A stretch of DNA of 64,000 nt from Vulcanimicrobiaceae bacterium (GTDB lineage Bacteria; Vulcanimicrobiota; Vulcanimicrobiia; Vulcanimicrobiales; Vulcanimicrobiaceae), in contig DASSEZ010000029.1 of the NCBI GenBank assembly GCA_035694945.1, positions 44,088-108,087 of the forward strand. Reading direction: 5' to 3'. The position numbers were made by a program, and so were the translations under genes. The notes under the pieces were generated by a model that saw nothing but the letters and a program-made list of their open reading frames with translations, was not told the DNA's origin and ran no database searches. This document shows positions 27,795 to 36,322 of this stretch, in pieces. Each line of letters opens with the position of its first letter. Positions within the stretch are counted from its first letter, which is position 1.

Positions 27795-27813
27795 AAAGCC
27801 CAGCTCCTGCGCG

Positions 27814-29487
27814 TTAGTAGACCGGTGAGCCGGGTGCACCGGGCGCGACACTGCCGTCGTCGGGTGCAAAGACCAGGCGTAGCGGATAACTCGATCCGCT
27901 GTCGGGAATCGTTTCGACCGTCACGCGGACGAAGCCGCGCGCCGGCACGACGTACTGCCGCAGCTTGTAGCGCGAGAACGGCGGCACTTGATGCGACTGA
28001 ATGAGCACGCCGTCGATGAGATACGTGCCGGTCGCACGTCCGCCGCGCGGGTTTTCGTAGATGGCGATCGGCTGCGGCCGGTCGGTCGGGTTCTGCACTT
28101 TGATGACAAACGATTGCAGCACGCCGTAATCGCCCGCGAGCGCCTGCCCTTGCATGAGGTTCGGCAGCGGAATGTGGCCGATCTGCAGTTCCAGGTACTG
28201 ATCGGTCGTGTTCCACAACGTGCTGTAGTGAAATTCCGGAATCTTATAGACGCCGCGCGCGTGCGGGTGATCGCCTTCGAGCAATTCGGTACTCGAAAGC
28301 GCTTCATCGGGCGAATTCGCGGCGTTCTGCGCGAAGAGCGTGAGGTGCACGGTGCTGCCGCTGAGCACGCGCAGTTGCAGTAAGTTGCAGACGACGTCTT
28401 TTGCGGGCAGCGGCTGTTCCACCAGATTCAGCGTGCCTTTGCCGGGGATGACGAGGATCTGCCCTTCGTTCTGCACCAGGCGTTTGAGGAACAGCGCGGT
28501 CGCGGCGTGTCCGACCAGCATCTCGTTTGGATCCGGACCGCCCGCGCCGCTGATAAATTGCACGACGGCAGGCTCCGAGGACATATTTTGTGCGCGCAGC
28601 ACGATACGGCGATCGGGTTCGCCCGGCGGGTTGTAATGGAAGTACAGGAAGCGCGTGGGCTGCGTGCGCTTCAGATCGCTGGCGAACAGCACGCCGTTTT
28701 CGGTGAGTTTTTCCGGAAAATCGCTGACGGTGAGCGAGTCGGGCGTAATCTTCGGCGCGGCCATGTTTTCCACGCTCACGTGCGTGACGCCGTCGACGCT
28801 GAAGTATTGCTCGCCTTGAATGAGCACGGGCACGTCGATGGTCGCAATATTATCCTGCGCGAGCGGCGTCGAAAAATGCACTTCGTCGGTCGTTGCGACG
28901 ATCTGCGCGCCGGAACGCGCTTGCGCGGCGTTGATCGCTGCGGCGACGGCTTGCTCCTTGACGAAGATGGAACTGGCGGGATCGCCGGTGATGCGGATGG
29001 AGAGCGAATCCGCGATAGTTCCCGCGTTATATGCCACGCGCACCGGGACGATGGTGGCAGCACCTCGTTGATCGGTCACGCCGACCGCCGTTGCGCCGGG
29101 CGCTTTTCCCGTGAGCGTGATCGTTTGCGCGGTTTGGTCGACGCTCGCGTCGACGATCGCCGGATTGAGCACGCTCACGTTCATCTGCCCGTACACGTAC
29201 GTTACGTGCAGCACTTGCGAGGCTCCGACCGGCACCATGGCGGCGGCGGGCCGCACCGTGACCGGCGGCGGTGTTGGCGTTGCAGTGGGTGTGGGCGTGG
29301 GCGACGGTGTGAGCGACGTACCGGGAAACGGCATCGGCGAAGCGCTCGCAGCTGCGGAGGGCTGCGGCGTGACTGGCGCATTGGTCGCAGGCGGAGCCGG
29401 CGGATTCGACTGCGCGCGCGGCATTCCCGCGGACGCAAGCACGCACCCCGCGAGCACCACGGCTGCCGCAAGCGTGTTACGCGGCAC
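27814..29487 (-). CDS. Exported lipoprotein with a P/T linker and an Ig-like domain, function unknown
   Basis: The GTG start shares 1 nt with the recQ stop (TAGTG). It has a lipobox (VVLAGC), a TPSPTPTPTATPTPPP linker and a Big-like segment (VLHVTYVYGQMNVSVLNPAIVDASVDQTAQTITLTGKAPGATAVGVTD). The remaining about 400 aa are unrecognised. Confidence 0.6.
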   Translation of the reverse strand: MPRNTLAAAVVLAGCVLASAGMPRAQSNPPAPPATNAPVTPQPSAAASASPMPFPGTSLTPSPTPTPTATPTPPPVTVRPAAAMVPVGASQVLHVTYVYGQMNVSVLNPAIVDASVDQTAQTITLTGKAPGATAVGVTDQRGAATIVPVRVAYNAGTIADSLSIRITGDPASSIFVKEQAVAAAINAAQARSGAQIVATTDEVHFSTPLAQDNIATIDVPVLIQGEQYFSVDGVTHVSVENMAAPKITPDSLTVSDFPEKLTENGVLFASDLKRTQPTRFLYFHYNPPGEPDRRIVLRAQNMSSEPAVVQFISGAGGPDPNEMLVGHAATALFLKRLVQNEGQILVIPGKGTLNLVEQPLPAKDVVCNLLQLRVLSGSTVHLTLFAQNAANSPDEALSSTELLEGDHPHARGVYKIPEFHYSTLWNTTDQYLELQIGHIPLPNLMQGQALAGDYGVLQSFVIKVQNPTDRPQPIAIYENPRGGRATGTYLIDGVLIQSHQVPPFSRYKLRQYVVPARGFVRVTVETIPDSGSSYPLRLVFAPDDGSVAPGAPGSPVY

Positions 29488-31139
29488 TAAGCGATTTTTG
29501 CTTCGTTCCGGCTCACCGCTGACGCAAGCAGCGTTTTATAGCCGACACTCGGGAATAGCACGGTGACCAAATCTTTTTCGGTGCGTTCCACGGTGCCCTG
29601 TCCGAATTTCGGATGAAAGACGATATCGGCAATGCGGTAGCCCGAGGGGCTTGCAGGTCCGGGCGTCTCGCCGCGGAGGATTTTCGCGGGTTGCGCGGCC
29701 GCACGCAAGCAGTTGTCGCATGCGCCGCAGTTCCCGCTCTCGTAATCCTCGCCAAAGTAGTTCAGAATGAACTTGCGCCGGCAAGAGGTGGTTTCGGCAT
29801 ACTGCAGCATCATCGCCAGCTTGCTCTGGTCGTAGGACTTCTTGGTTTCGTAGCTGGCCAAATTGAGCACGAGATCGCGGTTCTTGCGCGCAGCCTCGGT
29901 GAGCGCGTACTTCGATCGGCTAATCGTCTCGATGAAGCCGCCTTTTTTGAGCAGCGCGAGAATCACTTTGAGTTTGGTGAGCGGCAACTGCAAAATTTTG
30001 CGAAGGTCGGTCATCGAGACGCCGCCCTCTTGCGTGCCGAAAATTTCGAGCGTGCCGAAAACTTTCTGCACTTCTTCGATGTCCGGATACTTGCCGGTCA
30101 AAAAGTAGTTTTGCACCCGCGTGTCGCTCATGCGATAGATCAGCACGCAGCGCGAAGGTAACCCGTCGCGCCCCGCGCGCCCGGCTTCCTGCGTGTAGGC
30201 TTCCACCGAACCCGGCAAATCGTAGTGCACGACGAAGCGGATGTTCGGTTTGTCGATGCCCAGACCGAACGCGTTCGTGGCGACGACCGCGCGGATATGC
30301 TCGTCCATGAAGAGCTCGTGCACGGCCGTGCGATCCTGCTTTTGCAATTTCGAATGATACACCGCGGCCGGAATATCGAGCGAATCCTGCAGATAGCGCT
30401 GCACTTCGAGCGCGTTCTTGATCGTCGCGGTGTAGATGATGCCGGTGCCTTCGAGTTGGGTTGCGAACAGGCCCTTGAGGATTTTGAGCTTGTCGGCTTC
30501 TTTCTCTGCACGGCGCACGTCGTACACCAGGCTCGGACGATCGAATCCCTTGACGATCGGCTTGACGTGCGGAATCCCCAGTTGATGCAAAATATCTTCG
30601 CGCACCGCGGGCGTCGCCGTCGCGGTGAGAGCGAGCACCGTGGGATGTTCGAGCCGTTCTATGACGTGCCCGAGCGCCAGATACGCGGGCCGGAAGTCAT
30701 GGCCCCATTGGCTGATGCAATGGGCTTCGTCGACGACGAACAGCGGTACGCTGATGGATTGCAGCAACTGCATGAAAGAATCGTCTTCGAGTTTTTCCGG
30801 GGTGACGAACACAATCTTGATGCTGCGGCTGCGAATGCGTTCGAGCGCGGCGGCTTCTTGATCTTCTGAAAGCGTGGAGTTGAGTGCAACGACGTTGGTG
30901 ACGCCCAGCTCGCGCAGCATGTCGATCTGATCTTTCATCAACGCGATGAGCGGACTGACGACGACCGTCGTGCCGTCGAGAAGCAGAGCGGACAGCTGAT
31001 ACGTCAGGCTCTTGCCTGCACCGGTAGCCAAAATCGCCAAGGTGTCTTGACCGGCGACCACACGGCTGACGACTTCCTCCTGTCCCGGCTGAAAGCACTC
31101 GAAACCGAACTTCTCACGAAGCGCAGTTCGCAGATCCAC
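29487..31139 (-). CDS. recQ: ATP-dependent DNA helicase RecQ
   Basis: It contains FGFECFQPGQEEV, Walker A (ATGAGKSLTYQ), DEAH (VVDEAHCISQWGHDFRP) and the Zn/RQC motif (CRRKFILNYFGE...CGACDNC). The C-terminal FHPKFGQGTV is a Tudor-like tail. I prefer GTG 31139, which has GAGG upstream; the ORF-track TTG 31169 is possible. Confidence 0.9.
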   Translation of the reverse strand: MDLRTALREKFGFECFQPGQEEVVSRVVAGQDTLAILATGAGKSLTYQLSALLLDGTTVVVSPLIALMKDQIDMLRELGVTNVVALNSTLSEDQEAAALERIRSRSIKIVFVTPEKLEDDSFMQLLQSISVPLFVVDEAHCISQWGHDFRPAYLALGHVIERLEHPTVLALTATATPAVREDILHQLGIPHVKPIVKGFDRPSLVYDVRRAEKEADKLKILKGLFATQLEGTGIIYTATIKNALEVQRYLQDSLDIPAAVYHSKLQKQDRTAVHELFMDEHIRAVVATNAFGLGIDKPNIRFVVHYDLPGSVEAYTQEAGRAGRDGLPSRCVLIYRMSDTRVQNYFLTGKYPDIEEVQKVFGTLEIFGTQEGGVSMTDLRKILQLPLTKLKVILALLKKGGFIETISRSKYALTEAARKNRDLVLNLASYETKKSYDQSKLAMMLQYAETTSCRRKFILNYFGEDYESGNCGACDNCLRAAAQPAKILRGETPGPASPSGYRIADIVFHPKFGQGTVERTEKDLVTVLFPSVGYKTLLASAVSRNEAKIA

Positions 31140-31267
31140 TTCTTTACCTCGTTCCACCTGTGTCCTCAAACACGCGTACCCGCTTCTTTAGTAAATTCAC
31201 CAAAGAAGACACGCAAACAGTATACCCCCTGGCAGGCGCCCCGAAACACCGAAAAGTACTACCCAAG

Positions 31268-32956
31268 GTGTCCCTGTACCGTACTTGGCGCCCCAAGAGC
31301 TTCGCCGATCTCGTCGGCCAAGATGCCGTCGTTCGCACGCTGTCCAGCGCGCTGGAAAGCGGCAAACTCGCCCACGCATATTTGTTTTCGGGCCCGCGCG
31401 GCTCCGGCAAAACCTCGGCGGCCAAGATTCTGGCCCGCTGCATCAATTGCGTGAACGGCCCCACCGCCTCGCCCGACAATACATGCGAGAACTGCCGGGC
31501 GATTCTGGCGGGCACCGCGCTCGACGTACTCGAGATCGACGCGGCGAGCAACCGCGGGATCGACGAGATCCGCGCGCTGCGCGATGCGGTGAAGTTTGCG
31601 CCGTCTACGATGCGCATGAAAGTCTACATCATCGACGAGGCGCACATGCTCACCAAAGAAGGCGCCAACGCGTTTCTCAAGACGCTCGAGGAACCGCCGG
31701 CGCACGCGGTATTCATTCTCGCGACGACCGAGCCCGAGAAACTTCCGGTTACCATTCTCTCGCGCTGTCAGCGGTACGCGTTCCGGCGCATCGCCATTCC
31801 GGTGATGATCGAGCGCATGCGCGAGATCGCGGCAGCGGAAAACCTCGCCATCGATGAACCGGCGCTCTCGGCGATCGCATATCGCGCCGACGGTGGCTTG
31901 CGCGATGCGCTCACGATGCTGGAACAAGCGGCGGCATTTGCCGATGGCGCGATTACCACGCAAACGATCGAACTGGCATTCGGCGCGACCGGACGAAAAT
32001 ACGCCAATACGCTGCTCGACGAGCTCATTGCCAAAGACGCAGCGGGCGTGCTGCGGACGATAGACGAGGCCAGCGATGCCGGTACCGACATGCAAGTGCT
32101 GCTGCGCGGGCTCATCGGCGAGTTTCGCAGCTTGCTCGTGGGCCGCATAGATCCGCAGTTGCTGGCGCGCGATCTCGCACCGGAAGACGCCGCGCGCGCA
32201 TCCGAACGCGGCAAACTTCTCACGCAAGTGCAAATCGTGCGTGCACTGCGTTTGCTCAGTGAGGCACTTGCCACCGCGCGTTCTTCGGGTAATCCGCGGC
32301 TCGAACTGGAAACCGCGCTGCTGCGGTATGCGCTGGCATCCGAAGATCTGACGCTGGATGCGATGAACGCGCGCGTGAGCGCACTCGAACAAGGCCCAGC
32401 CATATCGGCGGCTCCACCCAGCGCACCGGAACCACGGGCAGAAGCGCCACCGGCATCACGCGCAGAAGCGCCGGCGGCACCCCGCGCAGAAGCGCAGCGC
32501 GTTCCGCACGCGCAGCGTGAAACGCCGCCCGAGCCAACTCGTCATGGTGAGCCTGTCGAACCACAACAGCAACACGGCCCCGTCACGATTCAGAAAGTAA
32601 AAGCCGCGTGGAATTCCGTGCGCACGAAAGTCGAAAGCGAACGTGCGCCGATGCGGGCACCGCTCAGCCGCGCCACGCTTTCCGCCATCGAAGGCAATGC
32701 ACTCGTGCTCACGCTGCCCGATCCGGTGATGGCGGGCGTGTTGAAGGACAACCTTTCGCTGCTCGAACAGGCAATTGCGGACGTGTTGAATACGCCGCTG
32801 CGCGTAACGCTGAAGGTCGAAGGCGCACCGGCGCGCAGCAAAGGCGGGGGTGCGGCGCGAACGGCCGCGAGCGTGCAGGCGAGCGAACCGCCTGCGGCCG
32901 CCATCGCCGAAGACCCCGACGAACTCTTCTCTTACTTGAACGAACGGATACGATAA
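31268..32956 (+). CDS. dnaX: DNA polymerase III subunit gamma/tau
   Basis: It contains LYRTWRPKSFADLVGQDAVVRTL, Walker A (GPRGSGKTS), Zn-module cysteines and DEAHML. I prefer GTG 31268 over the ORF-track ATG 31160, which would overlap recQ. Confidence 0.9.
   Translation: MSLYRTWRPKSFADLVGQDAVVRTLSSALESGKLAHAYLFSGPRGSGKTSAAKILARCINCVNGPTASPDNTCENCRAILAGTALDVLEIDAASNRGIDEIRALRDAVKFAPSTMRMKVYIIDEAHMLTKEGANAFLKTLEEPPAHAVFILATTEPEKLPVTILSRCQRYAFRRIAIPVMIERMREIAAAENLAIDEPALSAIAYRADGGLRDALTMLEQAAAFADGAITTQTIELAFGATGRKYANTLLDELIAKDAAGVLRTIDEASDAGTDMQVLLRGLIGEFRSLLVGRIDPQLLARDLAPEDAARASERGKLLTQVQIVRALRLLSEALATARSSGNPRLELETALLRYALASEDLTLDAMNARVSALEQGPAISAAPPSAPEPRAEAPPASRAEAPAAPRAEAQRVPHAQRETPPEPTRHGEPVEPQQQHGPVTIQKVKAAWNSVRTKVESERAPMRAPLSRATLSAIEGNALVLTLPDPVMAGVLKDNLSLLEQAIADVLNTPLRVTLKVEGAPARSKGGGAARTAASVQASEPPAAAIAEDPDELFSYLNERIR
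32541..32564. repeat. 24-nt dispersed motif copy inside the dnaX linker
   Basis: gtcatggtgagcctgtcgaaccac is identical to the reverse complement of 54874-54897. It is translated here as (R)HGEPVEP. Confidence 0.8.
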
Positions 32957-32958
32957 TC

Positions 32959-33267
32959 ATGAATCAAGCGCAACTGATGGCGCAGATGAAAAAAATGCAG
33001 CAAGAGATGACCAAGGCGCAAGAAGAACTTGCGAGCACGGTCGTCACGGGCGTTGCGGCAGGCGAAAACGTGAAAGTGGAGATGACGTGCGACCATCAGG
33101 TCAAAGCGGTGAAGCTTTCCAAAGACGCCGTCGATCCGGAAGACATCGAAACGCTCGAAGATCTGCTCGTCGTCGCGATGAACGACGCACTGAAAAAAGT
33201 GGACGAAACCGCGCAATCCCGCATGGGCCGCCTCACGGGCGGGATGCGCATTCCCGGCCTCATGTAA
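32959..33267 (+). CDS. ybaB: Nucleoid-associated protein YbaB/EbfC
   Basis: It contains MAQMKKMQQEMTKAQEEL ... VKVEMTCDHQVKAVKL ... DIETLEDLLVVAMNDA. It sits in the canonical dnaX-ybaB-recR position. Confidence 0.92.
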   Translation: MNQAQLMAQMKKMQQEMTKAQEELASTVVTGVAAGENVKVEMTCDHQVKAVKLSKDAVDPEDIETLEDLLVVAMNDALKKVDETAQSRMGRLTGGMRIPGLM

Positions 33268-33876
33268 TTGCCGAATCCGGGTTCCATCGCTGGTCCGGTC
33301 CAAGCCCTGATCAACGAATTTAGCAAACTGCCGACCGTCGGGCCGAAAACCGCCGCGCGGCTCGTATTCTATTTGCTCAACCGCCCGCGGCACGAAGCGC
33401 AGGCGCTCGCCGAAGCGATTCTGGCGGTGAAGGATCGCGTGCGTTTGTGTTCGCTCTGCTTTTCGATTACGGAAGACGATCCGTGCGAGGTCTGCCGGGA
33501 CGAACGGCGCGACGGCAAGGTGATTTGCGTCGTCGCAGAGGCCAAAGATATTTTCGCACTCGAGCGCACGAGCGCGTACAAGGGACGCTATCACGTGCTC
33601 GGCGGCCTCATCTCACCGATGGACGGCATCGGCCCCGCGCAACTGCGCGTCAAAGAACTGGTCGATCGCGTCGGCAGCGAACGGCCCGCGGAAATCATCA
33701 TTGCGACCAACCCGAACGCCGAAGGGGAAGCAACCGCGCTGTACCTATCGCGATTGCTCACGCCGCTTGGCGTTACGGTGACGCGCCTGGCGTACGGGCT
33801 GCCGATCGGCGGCGATTTGGATTATGCCGACGAAGTCACGCTTGCGAAAGCGATCGAGGGCCGCCGCACTCTCTAA
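33268..33876 (+). CDS. recR: Recombination protein RecR
   Basis: It contains LINEFSKLPTVGPKTAARL, the zinc finger (CSLCFSITEDDPCEVC) and a Toprim domain. TTG start immediately follows the ybaB stop. Confidence 0.95.
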   Translation: MPNPGSIAGPVQALINEFSKLPTVGPKTAARLVFYLLNRPRHEAQALAEAILAVKDRVRLCSLCFSITEDDPCEVCRDERRDGKVICVVAEAKDIFALERTSAYKGRYHVLGGLISPMDGIGPAQLRVKELVDRVGSERPAEIIIATNPNAEGEATALYLSRLLTPLGVTVTRLAYGLPIGGDLDYADEVTLAKAIEGRRTL

Positions 33877-33950
33877 CACGCCAAGCGACGACGTATGCGA
33901 ACGGTACAGCGTTTACAAACCGTACCTCTCGTCATACGGAGTACCAAGCA

Positions 33951-34697
33951 ATGGCTGGAAAATTCACCGCTCCCATCATCGGCTCGCTGGTCGTGGCGGC
34001 TGGCGCCGCGCTCGGCGCACACGCATCCGCCGCAACGTATTGTCCGGCGAGCGAAAGTTTCTTCGGCACGATCGAACGCGTCAACGCAAACACGCTCACC
34101 GTCCGCACGCCGAGCGGGCATTGGGCGCTCGTACGCATCAACGATAACGCGCGCGTGAACGCGAACGGCGCAGCGATTCGCCCCGGCGTATTCGTCGGTG
34201 CGTACGGATGCGTTACTCCCGGCGGCGTTTTTCACGCAAGCGAAATCACGTTGTCCGGAACGCAGCGCGGATACAACGAACGCCTTAGCGGTGTCGTTCG
34301 ACGCGTAGAAAGCAACGGCCGGTTGCTCGTCGCGCAAAACGGACACGGCTACGGCACGTGGTACGTCCCGGACACGCATGCTTTTGCCGTCGGCCAAACG
34401 GTAGACGCAACCGGTATGATCGGCGCAAACGGCGCGTTTTATCCGCAAACGATTAACGGGCGCAGCGTCGTTTATGACACGCCGTATACGTCGGCGCCGC
34501 GCAGCACCATCACACTCACCGGAACCGTACGCCGCGTGAGCGGCAACGCCATCGTCGTATGGGAACCTGCGCACGGCACGACGGGCACGTGGATCGTGCC
34601 GAACGCCGGCCGCTTCCGCGTCGGCCAGCGCGTCTCTGCCAGAGGCACCGAGGACCTCTCCGGACGCTTCTACGTACAAGAGATCACCATACTCTAG
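33951..34697 (+). CDS. Secreted protein built from three about 70-aa repeats
   Basis: It has a signal peptide (VVAAGAALGAHASA). Three repeats share the pattern G-x-V/I-x-RV-x(3-5)-L/I-x-V ... G-x-W ... F-x-VGQ-x-V-x-A-x-G. Confidence 0.6.
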   Translation: MAGKFTAPIIGSLVVAAGAALGAHASAATYCPASESFFGTIERVNANTLTVRTPSGHWALVRINDNARVNANGAAIRPGVFVGAYGCVTPGGVFHASEITLSGTQRGYNERLSGVVRRVESNGRLLVAQNGHGYGTWYVPDTHAFAVGQTVDATGMIGANGAFYPQTINGRSVVYDTPYTSAPRSTITLTGTVRRVSGNAIVVWEPAHGTTGTWIVPNAGRFRVGQRVSARGTEDLSGRFYVQEITIL

Positions 34698-34731
34698 ACC
34701 ACGGCAAGCACTTTGTGCTACAAAGTAGAGC

Positions 34732-35331
34732 ATGACGGACCTTGAGCGCGCGCTCGCCGATATCGCCGAAGTTCGCGAACGGCTGGGCCATATGCAGCGG
34801 TTCCGGGGCTACTCCGCGCTGGCCGCCGCGGTATCGGGCGGCTTTGCGATTGCCGCCGGCGCGCTGCAACTGCTGCTCGTTCCTCGCGTGAACAGCGTGC
34901 ACGAAGGGCATCTGTATTTCGCGCTGTGGTTCGCGTGCTGCGCCGCCTCGGTGCTCGTGAACTACGGCGCGATCGCCCATTGGTACGTCAACGACGCGAC
35001 GGCGCGCGACCGCTGGCAAACCGCGACGGTCGGGCTGTCGATGCTTCCTGCGCTCGTCCTGGGTGCGATGCTTTCGTTCGCGCTGTTGCACGCCCGCTTG
35101 TTTGCCTTCTTACCGGGCGTGTGGTACGGCTGCTACGGCGTGGGACTGTTCGCCTCGCGTACCATGGTGCCGCGCGCCGTCGTTCCCATCGCGGCGGCCT
35201 TCATGATCGCCGGCATGGGACTGCTGTTCGTACCGGCCGCAATTGCGCTGCAGTGGTGGGTGTTGCCGTTCGGCTTCGGCATCGGGCAGCTCGCGATCGG
35301 CTTCATCATTCTTCGCGAGCGCAGCGCATGA
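34732..35331 (+). CDS. Membrane protein (about 5 TM helices), unknown function
   Basis: It has hydrophobic helices throughout. It is translationally coupled (ATGA) to the downstream regulator. Confidence 0.55.
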   Translation: MTDLERALADIAEVRERLGHMQRFRGYSALAAAVSGGFAIAAGALQLLLVPRVNSVHEGHLYFALWFACCAASVLVNYGAIAHWYVNDATARDRWQTATVGLSMLPALVLGAMLSFALLHARLFAFLPGVWYGCYGVGLFASRTMVPRAVVPIAAAFMIAGMGLLFVPAAIALQWWVLPFGFGIGQLAIGFIILRERSA

Positions 35332-35699
35332 GTGAGGCCCGCTATGCGCTGGACGCACTGGATCGCGTCTTTCACGAGCGCGGACGCCTGGGCATTTGCA
35401 GCGCGCTGGTTGCCAATCCGGAAGGGCTTTCGTTTACGCAGTTGCAGGACGCGTGCAGTTTGACCGACGGCAACCTGAACCGCCATCTGCACGCGCTCGC
35501 GGAGATCGGCATCGTCGAAACGCGCCGTATCACCGGAAAAGGCCGCCCTCAAACGCTCGTGCGCATCACGCGCGAAGGACGCGATCGCTTCCTGGACTAC
35601 ATCGACGCATTGGAAGCGGTCGTTCGTGAAGTTCAGCGTTCGCGCAAGCGCAAAGGATCGCCGGCGCGCACGGTACCCGCCAACTCGACCTCGCAGTAA
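35328..35699 (+). CDS. Winged-helix (ArsR/MarR-like) transcriptional regulator
   Basis: It contains HERGRLGICSALVANPEGLSFTQLQDACSLTDGNLNRHLHALAEIGIVE, a wHTH pattern. Confidence 0.7.
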   Translation: MSEARYALDALDRVFHERGRLGICSALVANPEGLSFTQLQDACSLTDGNLNRHLHALAEIGIVETRRITGKGRPQTLVRITREGRDRFLDYIDALEAVVREVQRSRKRKGSPARTVPANSTSQ

Positions 35700-36271
35700 A
35701 CGCCCATCACGTTGTCGCGTTTTTGCGCGACGTACAGAAGCACGTCGTCGTCGCGCTCACCGGTGGCGACATCGTACGTCGTCGTGACGCAGCGTCCGAT
35801 GGTATCGCGCACGCGCAGGACCGCCTCACCCACTTCGATCGTTCTGCCCAGTAACTCCGTCTCGCGCAGTGCAAAGCCTGCCGCGGCGCGCGCGTAAAAG
35901 TTCGGGCGCCAGCGCCGCGGATCGAGCGGCATATCCAGTGCGCGCTCGACCTCGGCGATCCACACATCGAAGACGAGCGAAATCGGCGCCGCATCGAAGT
36001 AGTGCGGTTCGTCCCGGCGCAGGTCCACGTCGACGCCGGCGCGCGCGGCGATTTCGAGGGCCTGCAGCGGATCGTGAGTGGTATGCAGCAAGTTGTGTTC
36101 CTTGCCGCGGAACGTCTTGCCCGTGCGTGCGTGACCGTCTCGCACGAAGAGTGCCGCGGCACGGTCGCCGGGTATGCCGTCCGCCTGCACCGTTGCATGC
36201 TCGAGCGGCTCGGCCGCCAAACTCTTGACCGGATAGCGCCAAATGGCGGCCAGTTCGCCCATCTGCTGCAT
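35633..36271 (-). CDS. MOSC domain-containing protein
   Basis: It contains LAAIWRYPVKSLAAEPL, RWRPNF and the GRCVTTTYD cysteine motif. I prefer ATG 36271; the ORF-track start 36328 would overlap the divergent gene at 36323. Confidence 0.75.
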   Translation of the reverse strand: MQQMGELAAIWRYPVKSLAAEPLEHATVQADGIPGDRAAALFVRDGHARTGKTFRGKEHNLLHTTHDPLQALEIAARAGVDVDLRRDEPHYFDAAPISLVFDVWIAEVERALDMPLDPRRWRPNFYARAAAGFALRETELLGRTIEVGEAVLRVRDTIGRCVTTTYDVATGERDDDVLLYVAQKRDNVMGVYCEVELAGTVRAGDPLRLRER

Positions 36272-36322
36272 GCTTCGGAAGTACCATAGGATAGAACGCA
36301 AATCCTCAAGAAGGCGCGAAAA

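Noticed and set aside
31140-31267. An SRP RNA gene upstream of dnaX, as in Bacillus (scr-dnaX-yaaK-recR).
   Set aside because: The gap is only about 130 nt, it has no SRP motifs, and it is needed for the divergent recQ and dnaX promoters.
32435-32512. A CRISPR-like array, suggested by the short tandem repeats.
   Set aside because: Only three degenerate units are present, with no spacers. They lie inside an intact reading frame, and there are no cas genes in the window.
31268-32956. A programmed frameshift or transcriptional slippage site in dnaX producing the gamma subunit.
   Set aside because: I found no A AAA AAG-type heptamer or long A-run inside the dnaX frame. The A-rich run nearby (gatgaaaaaaatgc, about 32985) belongs to ybaB.
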